From Eledone cirrhosa (taxonomy: Eukaryota): 64,000 bases of DNA. Made by a program: the position numbers and the translations under genes. The stretch spans positions 217,620,001-217,684,000 of the forward strand of contig OZ024741.1 in assembly GCA_964016885.1 (NCBI GenBank). The letters run 5' to 3'. Positions 1-48,965 of this stretch are shown here, piece after piece (position 1 is the stretch's first letter; every line of letters starts with the position of its first letter). The notes below the pieces were generated by a model that was not told the origin of the DNA, did no database searches, and saw only the letters and a program-made list of their open reading frames with translations.

Positions 1-3000
1 TGGTGGTGTTGTTGGTGTGGTGGTGTGGTGTTGTTGGTGTGGTGATGTTGGTGTGGTGGTGATGTTGGTGTGGTGGTGATGTTGGTGTGGTGGTGTTGTT
101 GGTGTGGTGATGTTGTTGGTGTGGTGATGTTGTTGATGTGGCGGTGTTGTTGGTCTGGTAGTGTTGTTGGTGTGGTGGTGATGTTGGTGTGGTGATGTTG
201 TTGGTGTGGTGATGTTGGTGTGGTGGTGTTGTTGGTGTGGTGGTGTTGTTGGTGTGGTGGTGGTGTTGGTGTGGTGATGTTGTTGGTGTGGTGATGTTGT
301 TGGTGTGGTGATGTTGGTGTGGTGGTGATGTTGGTGTGGTGGTGTTGTTGGTGTGGTGATGTTGTTGGTGTGGTGATGTTGTTGGTGTGGCGGTGTTGTT
401 GGTCTGGTAGTGTTGTTGGTGTGGTGGTGATGTTGGTGTGGTGGTGATGTTGGTGTGGTGATGTTGTTGGTGTGGTGATGTTGGTGTGGTGGTGATGTTG
501 GTGTGGTGGTGTTGTTGGTGTGGTGATGTTGTTGGTTTGGCGGTGTTGTTGGTGTGGTGGTGATGTTGGTGTGGTGGTGATGTTGGTGTGGTGGTGTTGT
601 TGGTGTGGTGATGTTGGTGTGGTGGTGATGTTGGTGTGGTGGTGTTGTTGGTGTGGTGATGTTGTTGGTGTGGCGGTGTTGTTGGTGTGGTGGTGGTGAT
701 GTTGGTGTGGTGATGTTGTTGGTGTGGTGTGTTTTATGGTGTGGTGGTGGTGTTGGTGTGGTGGTGATGTTGGTGTGGTGATGTTGTTGGTGTAGTGCTG
801 TTGGTGTGGTGGTGTTGTTGGTGTGGTGATGTTGTTGGTGTGGTGGTGGTGGTGGTGTGGTGGTGTTGTTGGTGTGGTGGTGTTGTTGGTGTGGTGGTGT
901 TGTTGGTGTGGCGGTGTTGTTGGTCTGGTAGTGTTGTTGGTGTGGTGGTGATGTTGGTGTGGTCGTGTTGTTGGTGTGGTCGTGTTGTTGGGGTGGTGAT
1001 GTTGTTGGTGTGGTGGTGATGTCGGTGTGGTGATGTTGTTGGTGTGGTGGTGTTGTTGGTGTGGCGGTGTTGTTGGTCTGGTAGTGTTGTTGGTGTGGTG
1101 GTGATGTTGGTGTGGTGTTGTTGGTGTGGCGGTGTTGTTGGTGTGGTGATGGTGAGGTGATGTTGGTGTGGTGGTGTTGTTGGTGTGGTGGTGATGTTGG
1201 TGTGGTGGTGATGTTGGTGTGGTGATGGTGAGGTGATGTTGGTGTGGTGGTGATGTTGGTGTGGTGGTGTTGTTGGTGTGGTGGTGTTGGTGTGGTGGTG
1301 TTGTTGGTGTGGTGATGTTGGTGTGGTGATGTTGGTGTGGTGGTGATGTTGGTGTGGTGGTGTTGTTGGTGTGGTGGTGTTGTTGGTGTGGTGGTGTTGG
1401 TGTGGTGGTGATGTTGGTGTGGTGATGTTGTTGGTGTGGTGATGTTGGTGTGGTTGTGTTGTTGGTATGTTGGTGTTGTTGGTATGTTGGTGTGGTGGTG
1501 TTGTTGGTGTGGTGGTGTTGTTGGTGTGGCGGTGTTGTTGGTCTGGTAGTGTTGTTGGTGTGGTGGTGATGTTGGTGTGGTGGTGATGTTGGTGTGGTGA
1601 TGTTGTTGGTGTGGTGGTGTTGTTGGTGTGGTGATGTTGTTGGTGTGGCGGTGTTGTTGGTCTGGTAGTGTTTTTGGTGTGGTGGTGTTGTTGGTGTGGT
1701 GGTGATGTTGGTGTGGTGATGTTGTTGGTGTGGTGATGTTGTTGGTGTGGCGGTGTTGTTGGTCTGGTAGTGTTGTTGGTGTGGTGGTGTTGTTGGTGTG
1801 GCGGTGTTGTTGGTCTGGTAGTGTTGTTGGTGTGGTGGTGATGTTGGTGTGGTGATGTTGTTGGTGTGGCGGTGTTGTTGGTCTGGTAGTGTTGTTGGTC
1901 TGGTGGTGATGTTGGTGTGGTGGTGTTGTTGGTGTGGTGGTGATGGTGGTGTTGTTGGTGTGGTGTTGTTGGTGTGGTGGTGTTGTTGGTGTGGTGATGT
2001 TGTTGGTGTGGTGATGTTGGTGTGGTGGTGTTGGTGTGGTGGTGTTGTTGGTGTGGTGTTGTTGGTGTGGTGTTGTTGGTGTGGTCGTGTTGTTGGTGTG
2101 GTCGTGTTGTTGGTGTGGTGTTGTTGGTGTGGTGGTGTTGTTGGTGTGGTGATGTTGGTGTGGTGATGTTGTTGGTGTGGTGATGTTGGTGTGGTGGTGT
2201 TGGTGTGGTGGTGGTGATGTTGGTGTGGTGGTGATGTTGGTTTGGTGGTGTTGTTGGTGTGGTGATGTTGTTGGTGTGGTGGTGTTGTTGGTGTGGTGGG
2301 GATGTTGGTGTGGTGGTGTTGTTGGTGTGGTGGTGTTGTTGGTGTGGTGGTGATGTTGGTGTGGTGGTGTTGTTGGTGTGGTGGTGTTGTTGGTGTGGTG
2401 GTGTTGTTGGTGTGGTGGTGTTGTTGGTGTGGTGGTGTTGTTGGTGTGGTGGTGTGGTCGTGTTGTTGGGGTGGTGATGTTGTTGGTGTGGTGGTGTTGT
2501 TGGTGTGGTGGTGTTGTTGGTGTGGTGGTGTTGTTGTTGTGGTGATGTTGTTGGTGTGGTGTTGTTGGTGTGGTGGTGTTGTTGGTGTGGTCGTGTTGTT
2601 GGTGTGGTGGTGTTGTTGGTGTGGTGGTGTTGTTGGTGTGGTGGTGGTGTTGGTGTGGTGATGTTGTTGGTGTGGCGGTGTTGTTGGTCTGGTAGTGTTG
2701 TTGGTGTGGTGGTGATGTTGGTGTGGTGGTGATGTTGGTGTGGTGATGTTGTTGGTGTGGTGATGTTGTTGGTGTGGCGGTGTTGTTGGTCTGGTAGTGT
2801 TGTTGGTGTGGTGGTGTTGTTGGTGTGGTGGTGATGTTGGTGTGGTGATGTTGTTGGTGTGGTGATGTTGTTGGTGTGGTGATGTTGTTGGTGTGGTGAT
2901 GTTGTTGGTGTGGCGGTCTTGTTGGTCTGGTAGTGTTGTTGGTGTGGTGGTGTTGTTGGTGTGGCGGTGTTGTTGGTCTGGTAGTGTTGTTGGTGTGGTT

Positions 3001-5550
3001 GGTGTGGTGATGTTGTTGGTGTGGTGGTGATGTTGGTGTGGTGGTGGTGTTGGTGTGGTGGTGATGTTGGTGTGGTGGTGTTGTTGGTGTGGTGTTGTTG
3101 GTGTGGTGGTGTTGTTGGTGTGGTGATGTTGTTGGTGTGGTGATGTTGGTGTGGTGGTGTTGGTGTGGTGGTGTTGTTGGTGTGGTGTTGTTGGTGTGGT
3201 GTTGTTGGTGTGGTCGTGTTGTTGGTGTGGTCGTGTTGTTGGTGTGGTCGTGTTGTTGCTGTGGTCGTGTTGTTGGTGTGGTGATGTTGTTGGTGTGGTG
3301 ATGTTGTTGGTGTGGTGGTGATGTTGGTGTGGTGGTGGTGATGTTGGTGTGGTGGTGATGTTGGCGTGGTGATGTTGTTGGTGTGGTGATGTTGGTGTGG
3401 TTGTGTTGTTGGTATGTTGGTGTGGTGATGTTGTTGGTTTGGTGGTGTTGTTGGTGTGGTGATGTTGTTGGTGTGGTGGTGTTGTTGGTGTGGTGGGGAT
3501 GTTGGTGTGGTGGTGTTGTTGGTGTGGTGGTGTTGTTGGTGTGGTGGTGATGTTGGTGTGGTGGTATTGTTGGTGTGGTGGTGTTGTTGGTGTGGTGGTG
3601 TTGTTGGTGTGGTGGTGTTGTTGGTGTGGTGGGGATGTTTGTGTGGTGGTGTTGTTGGTGTGGTGGTGTTGTTGGTGTGGTGGGGATGTTGGTGTGGTGG
3701 TGTTGTTGGTGTGGTCGTGTTGTTGGTGTGGTCGTGTTGTTGGGGTGGTGATGTTGTTGGTGTGGTGGTGTTGTTGGTGTGGTGGTGTTGTTGGTGTGGT
3801 GGTGTTGTTGTTGTGGTGATGTTGTTGGTGTGGTGTTGTTGGTGTGGTGGTGTTGTTGGTGTGGTCGTGTTGTTGGTGTGGTGGTGTTGTTTGTGTGGTG
3901 GTGTTGTTGGTGTGGTGGTGTTGGTGTGGTGATGTTGTTGCTGTTGTGGTGTTGTTGGTATGGTGGTGTTGTTGGTGTGGTGATGTTGTTGGTGTGGTGG
4001 TGTTGGTGTGGTGATGTTTTTGGTGTGTTGATGATGTTGGTGTGGTGATGTTGTTGGTGTGGTGTTGTTGGTGTGGTCGTGTTGTTGGTGTGGTGATGTT
4101 GTTGGTGTGGTGGTGTTGGTGTCGTGATTTTTTTAGGTGTGTTGATGATGTTGGTGTGGTGGTGGTGTTGGTGTGTTGGTGTTGTTGGTGTGGTGGTGAT
4201 GTTGGTGTGGTGGTGGTGTTGGTGTGGAGTTGTTGGTGTGGTGGTGATGTTGGTGTGGTGATGGTGAGGTGATGTTGGTGTGGTGGTGTTGTTGGTGTGG
4301 TGGTGATGTTGGTGTGGTGGTGATGTTGGTGTGGTGGTGTTGTTGGTGTGGTGGTGTTGGTGTGGTGGTGTTGTTGGTGTGGTGATGTTGGTGTGGTGGT
4401 GATGTTGGTGTGGTGATGTTGGTGATGGTGGTGGTGGTGTTGTTGTGGTGTTGTTGGTGTGGTGGTGTTGTTGGTGTGGTGGTGTTGTTGGTGTGGTGGT
4501 GGTGTTGGTGTGGTGATGTTGGTGTGGTGGTGGTGTTGGTGTGGTGATGTTGGTATGGTGGTGTTGTTGGTGTGGTGGTGTTGTTGGTGTGGTGGTGGTG
4601 TGGTGGTGTTGTTGGTGTTGGTCTGGTGGTGTTGTTGGTGTGGTGATGTTGTTGGTGTGGTGATGTTGTTGGTGTGGTGGTGTTGTTGGTGTGATGATGA
4701 TGTTGGTGTGGTGATGTTGGTGTGGTGGCGGTGTGGTGTTGTTGTTGGTGTTGTGGTGGTGGTGCTGTGGTGGTGTTGTTGGTCTGGTGGTGTTGTTGGT
4801 GTGGTGGTGTTGTGGTGTTGTTGGTGTGGTGGTGTTGTTGGTGTGGTTGTGTTGGTGTGGTGATGTTGGTGTGGTGATGTGTTAGCTGTGTTGATGATGT
4901 TGGTGTGGTGGTGATGTTGGTGTGGTGGTGTTGTTGGTGTGGAGTTGTGGTGGTGGTGTTGGTGTGGTGGTGTTGCTGGTGTGGTGGTGGTGTTGGTGTG
5001 GTGATGATGTTGGTGTGGTGGTGTTGTTGGTGTGGTGGTGATATTGGTGTGGTGGTGATGTTTGTGTGTTGGATGATGTTGGTGTGGTGGTGATGTTGGT
5101 GTGGTGGTGATGTTTGTGTGGTGGTGATGTTGGTGTGGTGATGATGTTTGTGTAGTGGTGTTGTTGGTGTGATGGTGATATTGGTGTGGTGGTGATGTTT
5201 GTGTGTTGGATGATGTTGGTGTGGTGGTGATATTGGTGTGATGATGATGTTGGTGTGGTGGTGTTGTTGGTGTGGTGGTGTTGTTGGTGTGGTGGTGATG
5301 TTTGTGTGTTGGATGATATTGGTGTGGTGGTGATGTTGGAGTGGTGGTAATGTTGGTGTGGTGGTGATGTTTGTGTGTTGGATGATGTTGGTGTGGTGGT
5401 GATGTTGATGTGGTGATGTTGTTGGTGTGGTGGTGTTGTTGGTGTGGTGGTGTTGTTGGTGTGGTGGTGTTGGTGTGGTGGTGTTGGTGTGGTGGTGTTG
5501 GTGTGGTGGTGTTGTTCATGTGGTGGTGTTGTTTGTGTGGTGGTGATGTT
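1..5550. repeat. Degenerate GGT/GTT-rich low-complexity tandem array (units like ggtgtggtggtgttgtt)
   Basis: Directly visible; nearly C-free on the + strand; source of the spurious V/W/C/G ORFs. Confidence 0.97.
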
Positions 5551-5659
5551 ATTGGATACCCTTTCTCACACCATATGTAAATAAACCATGGGAGGTTATG
5601 ATTAGCTGGTCACTTTATGATACAAATGAAGGACCTTGCTTTGTTCCATTTTTGTTTGA

Positions 5660-6095
5660 TTTCTACAGCTATATGCCCTTCCTAATGCCAATTACTTCAT
5701 GGTGTGTACCAGCTGCATTTTATCATGACACTGGCATTACCCTCTGATAGGGTAGATTGGGTGGTCTTTTACTGTGGCACTAGTACTGCCACCTAAAAAG
5801 GGGAACTGAATATTTTTTATTGTGGCATGAGCACTGTCACTTAGCAGGTTGGACTGGGTGCTCTTTATTGTGGTGCTAACACTACCACCTGTCAGGGTGG
5901 ACTGGGTGCATTTTATTGTGGTGCCAGCACTACCACCTAACTGGATGTACTGGGTGCTCTTTATTGTGGTGCCAGCACAACCACTTAACAGGGTGGACTG
6001 GGTGCTCTTTATGTGACACCAGCACTACAGCTTTACAGGGTGGGCTGGTTGCTCTTTATTGTGGGACTACTACTAGGATGGACTACGTGCTGTTG
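5660..6095 (+). repeat. RTE/SINE 3'-derived segment followed by degenerate ~48-bp tandem units (ggactgggtgctctttattgtggtgccagcactacc)
   Basis: Starts ttctacagctatatgcccttcctaatgcc, the same motif as the SINE/RTE tails elsewhere in the window, then repeats gactgggtg..ttta about every 48 bp. Confidence 0.7.
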
Positions 6096-6223
6096 TCATG
6101 GTCTAGAAATAATATTTTTAATACCAATATTAATTATAATGATATATATATATATATATATATATACATATTTTTTTTTTTCTGCTTTATATATTCATAT
6201 ATATTCTTTTGTTTTGTTGTTAG

Positions 6224-41127
<34,904 letters not shown>

Positions 41128-42160
41128 AATTAGAACTGATAATGGTCTTAATGATCTTAACGAACACTAGCATGCTATCAAACATACCTTTTGTCTGTCT
41201 GTCTGTCTCTGTTTGAGTAGTGGGTGGGTGTATGGTTTAGGGCCTGTCTGCCTGACCTTGGGTAGTGGGTGGGTATATGAGGTGAAGAAAGGTCTCTGTT
41301 TGACCTTGGGTAGTGGGTGGGTATATAAGGTGAAGAAAGGCCTGTTTGTGTGATCTTGGGTAGTGGTTATGTGTATATGAGTTGACAGAGGGCCTTAATT
41401 TGTCTGGCTTTAGGTAATGGGTGGGTGTATGGGGGGAGAAGGGCCTCTGCCTGACCTTGGGTAATGGGTAGGTGTATGGGAGGGGGGGGGCTCTGTCTGT
41501 CTGATCTAGGTTAGTGAGTGGTTGTATGAAGTGGTGGAGAGCCTCTGTTTGTCTGTGTGTCTGACCTTGGGTAGTGGAGAAGGGGCAGTAGGCACAGATA
41601 TTTTTGTCCTGTTCTTTTTTGTTTTTCTTTTTATATATATCATTTAATGTGTGTATGAGAGCTGGGATGAAGGGCGAGAGGAAGAACTGGGGGGAGGGGT
41701 CATTTCAATTCTATTTATCATTCTAGTAAGCTGTTCCTTGTCCCAATCACAAAGTCCCAGGTTCAGTCCTACCATGGGCAGCTTGAGCAAGAATCCCTGA
41801 CCAAAGCCATAGCCTGAAATTTGGTTTACAGAAACTGTGGGAAGCCTGTTGTGGGACGGACAGTACCAGTAATTTAAAAGGGTGCCAGCTTTGGCACACA
41901 CTGATAATTCTGTCTGAGAGTTATTATATGAAAGAAAGCTACAAATATCTGTGGAATACTCAGCCAGTTGACTGAACACCTGAAATAATTATTCCTCCAT
42001 ATCTATGGATATGTGTGTGTATGTATATATATATATATTGTGTGAGTATATGTATGTATATATATATATAGTGTGAGTATATGTATGTATGTATATATAT
42101 ATATACATATATTTTGTGAGTATATGTGTGTGTGTATGTATATATATATTGTGTGAGTAT

Positions 42161-42203
<43 letters not shown>

Positions 42204-42466
42204 ATATATATATATATATATACATACATATGTATATATATCATGTTTAATATAGAAATGTCTTCTACAGGACTAGAACTGTTTCATGCAAAAAAGAGAT
42301 CATCAGAATGAAACAGTTCTAGTCCTGTAAATACCATTTCTATATGAAACATGATGTTTACACTCTACTGATGTATTGAGTACCTTACTAACTATGATTA
42401 CCCCTGATTGAACCTGTGACTCAAGCACACGCACGCACACACACGCACGCACGCACACGCACGCAC

Positions 42467-42531
<65 letters not shown>

Positions 42532-42962
42532 AATAATAATAATAGGATATATGTATCATAGGAGAGGAGGAGATACAGATTACTAGCGACTCCTTCATTT
42601 ATTCACTTGCTTATATATATATATATATATATGAATGTATGTATAGTATATTTGGCAATATACCGTATGTTTAATTAAAAACATTTAGAAGACCATATGC
42701 TATCAGTTTTAAAGTAGTGACTATGTCACTTATTTTCAGCGTAAGAAGGGAGAGAAGCTGACAGTATATATATATAAATATATATATAATGTGTGTGTGT
42801 GTGTTATACTTTGAAGTGAAAACCAACAGGTGCATGTGTTTTTATTGGCAACATAACTCTCCCAAAGTATAACAATATCTATTTCAACACATGTTTTCAC
42901 ATAAGAAATCTTGCAAAAAGAATACAAAAACGAAATATATATATATATATATATATACATAT

Positions 42963-43406
42963 AAATAATACAGATACAATATAGACACAAACACATATAT
43001 ATAGTTTATCAAAGTTCTTTCGTTGCACATCTGCAACATCGTCAGTGGTGCTATTGTTTCCTCCCGTTGCATTGTATTTTCTACGCCATCTTTATTTAGT
43101 TGTTTGTTTATTTTATTTGTTTATTTTATTTTGTCTTCTTTGCGCATGCGTTTGCGTGTGTGTATAGTGTTTTGTTTGATGTGTGTTCAAAACAAAACAC
43201 TATACACACACGCAAACGCATGCACAAAGAAGACAAAATAAAATAAACAAATAAATAAAAATATAAACAGACTAAATAAAGATGGCGTAGAAAATACAAT
43301 GCAACGGGAGGAAACAATAGCACCACTGACGATGTTGCAGATGTGCAACGAAAGAAATTTGATAAACTATATATGTGTTTGTGTCTATATTGTATCTGTA
43401 TTATTT
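42963..43406. repeat. Long near-perfect palindrome (~215-bp arms, ~10-nt loop), Penelope-like, with a hammerhead-like core in each arm
   Basis: 42963-43177 is the reverse complement of 43190-43406 with few mismatches; ctgacga-tgttgca-gatg-tgcaac-gaaa at 43326-43353. Confidence 0.85.
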
Positions 43407-43637
43407 TTGACCGTTGGTCAGTCAATGGCAACATTGAGGACCGAATAAATTAGATTACCGATATAAAAGACACTGAAGCAAAAAGCGAAAACCAACCAAA
43501 CAGTGAGTGTGTTCTGTTATTAATTCTGGCAATTTTACACAAATATGACCCTCCCCAAGTATAACAATATATATATATATTGTAAGTATATAGATATGTA
43601 TGTATGTATGTAGAGAGGGTTTGTATGTGTGTGTGGC

Positions 43638-43672
<35 letters not shown>

Positions 43673-44741
43673 ATGTTCCTGGTATATGATTTTTTTAATT
43701 TTTCCTTTTGTTTTTTTAACTTCTATTTATTTCACTTTTCACTTCAAGAAAAAATATGCAAATTTTTTGTTTTATTTTTTAATTTTTTGTTTGTGTATAT
43801 GGGGGTATAGTCACCCCTTTTTGTGAGTATATTTCCCCTTTTTTTGTTTATGTCGGGTACATCTACCCCAGACCCCAATTTCATTTTCCTCAGGTACATT
43901 TATATTAAAAAAAATTTTCTACATTGTTTAAATTTATTAATGATTTAAAAACCTTATTTAAAAAGAATTACTTAATTGTTATTTTCCAAAACTGTGTTCA
44001 TTCCTCCCTCTCTAGAGTCAATGAAATATGGTTGGCTTCCTTCTTTTCAACTTTTGGTTTTTAAACCCTTATCATCTTCTACCACATGAAACCACATTAG
44101 CAAGATGTTCTTGAACAGTACAAGCCTAAATTATGACAGTATCACATTAAATACTAAAGTCTTTACTTTAATATAGAAAAATATTCTTGTAAAGTACAAA
44201 ACAGTACTATGACTGCATCGCATTAGATATTAAAGTCTTTACTCTAATACAAGACATTCTTGTAAAGTACTATAACTGCATCATGTTAGACATTAACACC
44301 TAATATTGCAGATGTTTACAATAATCTGTCTACTAGTTAAGATACTATAAACATTTGAATAACAAACCATGCTAGCAAGAAATTCTTGAAAAAAACAAAA
44401 AAAAAAAAAAAAAAAAGAAACAACCCCAAAACTAAAAACACTGTGACTATATCACATTAAATATTAGTCTTAACTCTAATGATGAAATTTTCACAACAAT
44501 CTGTCCATTAGTAGAGATACTATAAATATTTGAATTAACTAACCTGTTTTGAGTTACTTTTTGCTAAATCATTGCAGGATGTTAATTCTTAAAGGTTAGC
44601 TATTTGGAAGTCTGTCAAATAGATTGTACCTGTTATATAAATGGCCAGCCTAGTTAGATACTGTCATGTGAGAATTACATTAACCTTTAGCATGCTGAAT
44701 TCTTTTATGAATTGCTTCCCTTGACATTGTATTATGTATTG

Positions 44742-44925
44742 GGGGATTGGCAGTATCGGTAGAGAGTCGGACGCCATGCTTTCCAGCATAGTTACGTCCC
44801 TTTACGATCTGAGTTCAAATCCCGCCGAGGTTGACTTTGCCTTTCATCCTTACGGGGTCGATAAAATAAAGTACCAGTAATGCACTGGGTAATTGCTGGC
44901 CTTGTGCCTAAAGTAGAAACAATTA
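44742..44925 (+). mobile_element. tRNA-derived Meta-like SINE; other copies at ~14460-14590, ~14765-14920, ~34720-34810, ~54135-54220 (+) and ~51640-51826, ~55120-55230 (-)
   Basis: A-box-like ttggcagtatcggtagag, B-box gagttcaaatcc, conserved core, tail gtagaaacaattat. Confidence 0.8.
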
Positions 44926-45584
44926 TGTATTAAAGGGAGATTACTCTATTGGTGACATAATGTACCTAGAGTGCCCAGAAGGTTATGGGTAATATGTCTG
45001 TGGAATACTCAGCCACTTGCAATATAATATAAAATGGACACTAAACCTAAATTTCAAAAGAATAACATTGTCACATAATGTGTCATGCTTATTCTGCCCA
45101 ATGTCAATGTTTCAAGGCTGTTCCGTTGGTGCTGTGACATAAAAACGTAAAATAAAATGACATCAACTTTCACTTCAAATAAAACTACATCTTCTTCATA
45201 AGTGTAGAAAATATGTTGCTACATGTAGCTGTTTATTTATTTATATGTGTGTGTGTGTATGTGGGGGGGGGGGTCAGTTCCACTGTGGGGGCAGAGAAAG
45301 TGAGAAGTCCTGGGTTCAGTTCCACTGTGGGGGAGAGAGAGGTCCTGGGTTCAGTTCCACTGTGTGTGTGTGTGGGGGGGGGGGTCTGGTTCAATTTCAC
45401 TGTGGGGTGGGTGAGGGGGGGGGGGTATGAGTTCAATTCCACTGTGGGGAGAGAGAGAGGGTCCTGGAGTCATTTCCACTGTGTGGGGAGAGGGAGGAGA
45501 AGCCTGGTTTGTACATTTAATTCAAGGACCCAGTTTTGTCGTACAGTTTCATGCTGTTTCAGTTTGGAAATTATGTTAATAGTA

Positions 45585-46250
45585 CCCATCTGTGGAATAC
45601 TCAGCCAATAAGATTGACTGTATCTGTAATTCAAAGAGGCAGGCATGTCACACTGAATCTCCCTGAGAATTATGTTAAGGGTACTCATGTCTGTGGAATA
45701 CTCAGCCAATAACATTATATAAAAGATTGACTGTATCTGTAATTCAAAGAGGCAGGCATGTCACACTGAATCTCCCTGAGAATTATGTTAAGGGTTCCCA
45801 TGTCTGTGGAATACTCAGCCAATAACATTATATAAAAGATTGACTGTATCTGTAATTCAAAGAGGCAGGCATGTCACACTGAATCTCCCTGAGAATTATG
45901 TTAAGGGTTCCCATGTCTGTGGAATACTCAGCCAATAACATTATATAAAAGATTGACTGTATCTGTAATTCAAAGAGGCAGGCATGTCACACTGAATCTC
46001 CCTGCGAATTATGTTAAGGGTACTCATGTCTGTGGAATACTCAGCCACTTGCTCTATAATAAATAATGGATTGTACCTATAAAGCAAGAGTGTGTCATGC
46101 TGAATCTCCGAGAATTACATCAAGAGTATGTGTCTGTGGAATACTCAGCCACTTAAATCAAGGGTCCAATCTTATCACACTGTGTCATGCTGAATCTCCC
46201 TGAGAATTGTATCAAGAGTATGTGTCTGTGGAATACTCAGCCACGAACCC
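45585..46250. repeat. 113-bp tandem repeat built from a dispersed element
   Basis: tctgtggaatactcagcc at 45690, 45803, 45916, 46029; the same motif occurs singly at ~41948 and ~44997. Confidence 0.9.
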
Positions 46251-46459
46251 ATTAAATCATGAATTGAATGTACAGTTGCTTGAACAACTGAATGCTTATC
46301 ATCGAAATTTATATATGCGTGTGTGTGTATATATATATATATATAGGTATGCATATGTATGTATGCGTATATGTATGTTGAATAATAGGCTTACTAGTCT
46401 TAACTAGTAACATTTCATCATATCATCATTCATTTTACGTCCGCTTTTCCCTGCTTGCA

Positions 46460-46520
<61 letters not shown>

Positions 46521-46701
46521 TAAGTCCATAGAATCAATAGATAAAATATATACAGTATTTCTTCGCCCAATCAGCATAAATCAATATATATGGAGTGTCT
46601 GCGGCGCTAAGTCTGAAAAGACCACTAATCTAAATAGTACTCAATACATAATGGGATGCAGAGTTGGTATATTTGAAAAGAAAATAATCCAATATTTTCT
46701 T

Positions 46702-46742
<41 letters not shown>

Positions 46743-48559
46743 AAATAAACATTAAGACAGATGTTACATAATCATATTTATTGGATTATACTTATTTCAG
46801 TGACACCATTGTGGAGCTGTTAAGCAATCATTACAACACCAACCGGCACTGGTGTGACATCATCATATGTTAACACAATTATGTGAGAGAGTTGATATGT
46901 TGCAGGCAAACGCTCCCACATGTATGTGTGATATCACCTTGATCACCTTGACCAACCAGTCTGTATGGTCACAGCACGTCGTGCTGTTTTTAGCCATAAG
47001 ATAACGCCATCCCACTGGCTGGGCGGGCAGGCCGGTACTCATTTCTACAGCTGAGTAAACTGGAGCAACGTGAAATAAAGTGTCTTGCTCAAGGAAACAA
47101 CACATCACCCGGTCCAAGAATTGAACTCACAACCTTTCGATTGCAAGCCCAATGCTCTAACCACTAAGCCATGCACTTTCACATGTGATATTTATTTATA
47201 TATATATATATATATAAAAAAAAATAATATATATATATATATATATTTTTTTTCCCCCATATGAACAAGGCAAGGTCACTCGACCTGGCATTGCCCACAA
47301 CAGGACAACCCGTCTAACCCATGCTAGTGTGGAAGAATGGACATAAAATGATGATATATATATATATATATATACTTAGGAGACAAAGCAAGTTGATATA
47401 TATGTATGTGTGTGTGTGTGGATGTATTTATTTTGAAATATTTATTGTTGTGTATTTTTTAATTTGTCTGTAGGTTCCATATGTTAAGACAAACTATTCA
47501 TTCCTATGTTTTAACTTATCATTTAATCATACATGTAATATATTTGGCTATATCCATTAAACACTGTTACTTCTCACTCTATTTTCCTACACGTGTATCT
47601 CTGACTTTTGCATGGTTTTCCAACTTTAAATACGTTTGTAATGGCATCATTTATTCAATGTGGTGCACCCTCTGCATTATATAAACTCATCTTTGCATCG
47701 CTATGTATTTTGGTTTGCATCTTGTGAATATACTTTTATCTGTAAATATGTTTGCATATATATCCACGCATAATACACATATGTATATATACATACATAC
47801 ATACATACACATATATATATATATATACACACACATACACACCTATGTATATATTTACACATATATGTATGTATACACACATGTATATATTCTCACACAC
47901 ACACGCATATATATATAAACATGAAATACAAGTCAACAAGTTAAAAATTAACTTTGTTTATTCATAGTCGCTGTTATATATATTTTGGTGATACCGTTAT
48001 GCAACAACTTCACCAAACAGCTAAAATTTGAACAGAAAAAACAGTAAAACATAACAATGAAAAAGCTTACTATGAATAAATGAAGTTAATTTTAACCTGT
48101 TGACTTGTACTTCTTGTTTATAAATATACTCCAGAGTAATCAGACCCTTTTGTGTACTTCGTTGAGTGCTCTATCCTGCATACTGAAGTGTCAGTGATTA
48201 ACTAACACATACTCGATTTAATTAATTATATATATATATATATACATACACACACAAGCCAGAATCAGTTCCCGTCCCACCCTTGCAAGCAGGGAAAAGT
48301 GGATGTAAAATGAAATGATGATGATGATGATGATGATGATGACACAGATTTATGTATTCCCATTTATAGTCCACACAGTAAATGTGGTTGGCATTAGGAA
48401 GGGTATCCAGCCATAGAAACCAAGCCAGAAACAGCTCTGTATGTGCAAGAAACTGTCATCTGATCTTACTTGTCTCACAGCAGGACAACTTGCTTAACCC
48501 ATGCTAGCTTGGGAAAATAGATGTTAAACAGTGACAATGATATATATATATATCATCAT

Positions 48560-48965
48560 TGCTGTAGTGGAGTCTTTGCTGCTCTATGGGTCTGAGACTT
48601 GAACACTGACCAAGAAACTCACTCAGATGGGTGCTACACGAGAATGCTGAGTATGGCTCTGAACATTAATCAGTATACACTGAGGATGAAGAACTCAGAG
48701 CTGTACAGGAGCCTCCCAAAAGTCAGCTCGAGAGTGGCTCAGAGGAAACTGAGGTTAGCTGGACATGCTCACCGACATCCAGAGTTGACACTTCACTCAG
48801 TGCTTCTATGGGAGCCCCTGCATGGACACACTGGAAGAGGAAGACCAAGGTTGACATATGTTGATGCCCTAAGGACAGACACTGATCTCTTGGAGGCGCA
48901 GGACATGGCAGCGATGATGAAGGACAGAGACCACTGGAGAGAACTCGTCCATTTTACCCGCCCTA
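48560..48965 (+). mobile_element. 3' fragment of another RTE-like LINE lineage
   Basis: VVESLLLYGSET*TL..., DGCYTRMLSMALNI, RKLRLAGHAHRH, RGRPRLTYVDAL...DRDHWR. Confidence 0.8.

Noticed and set aside
795-5093. Many V/W/C/G-rich ORFs
   Set aside because: Artefacts of the GGT/GTT simple repeat.
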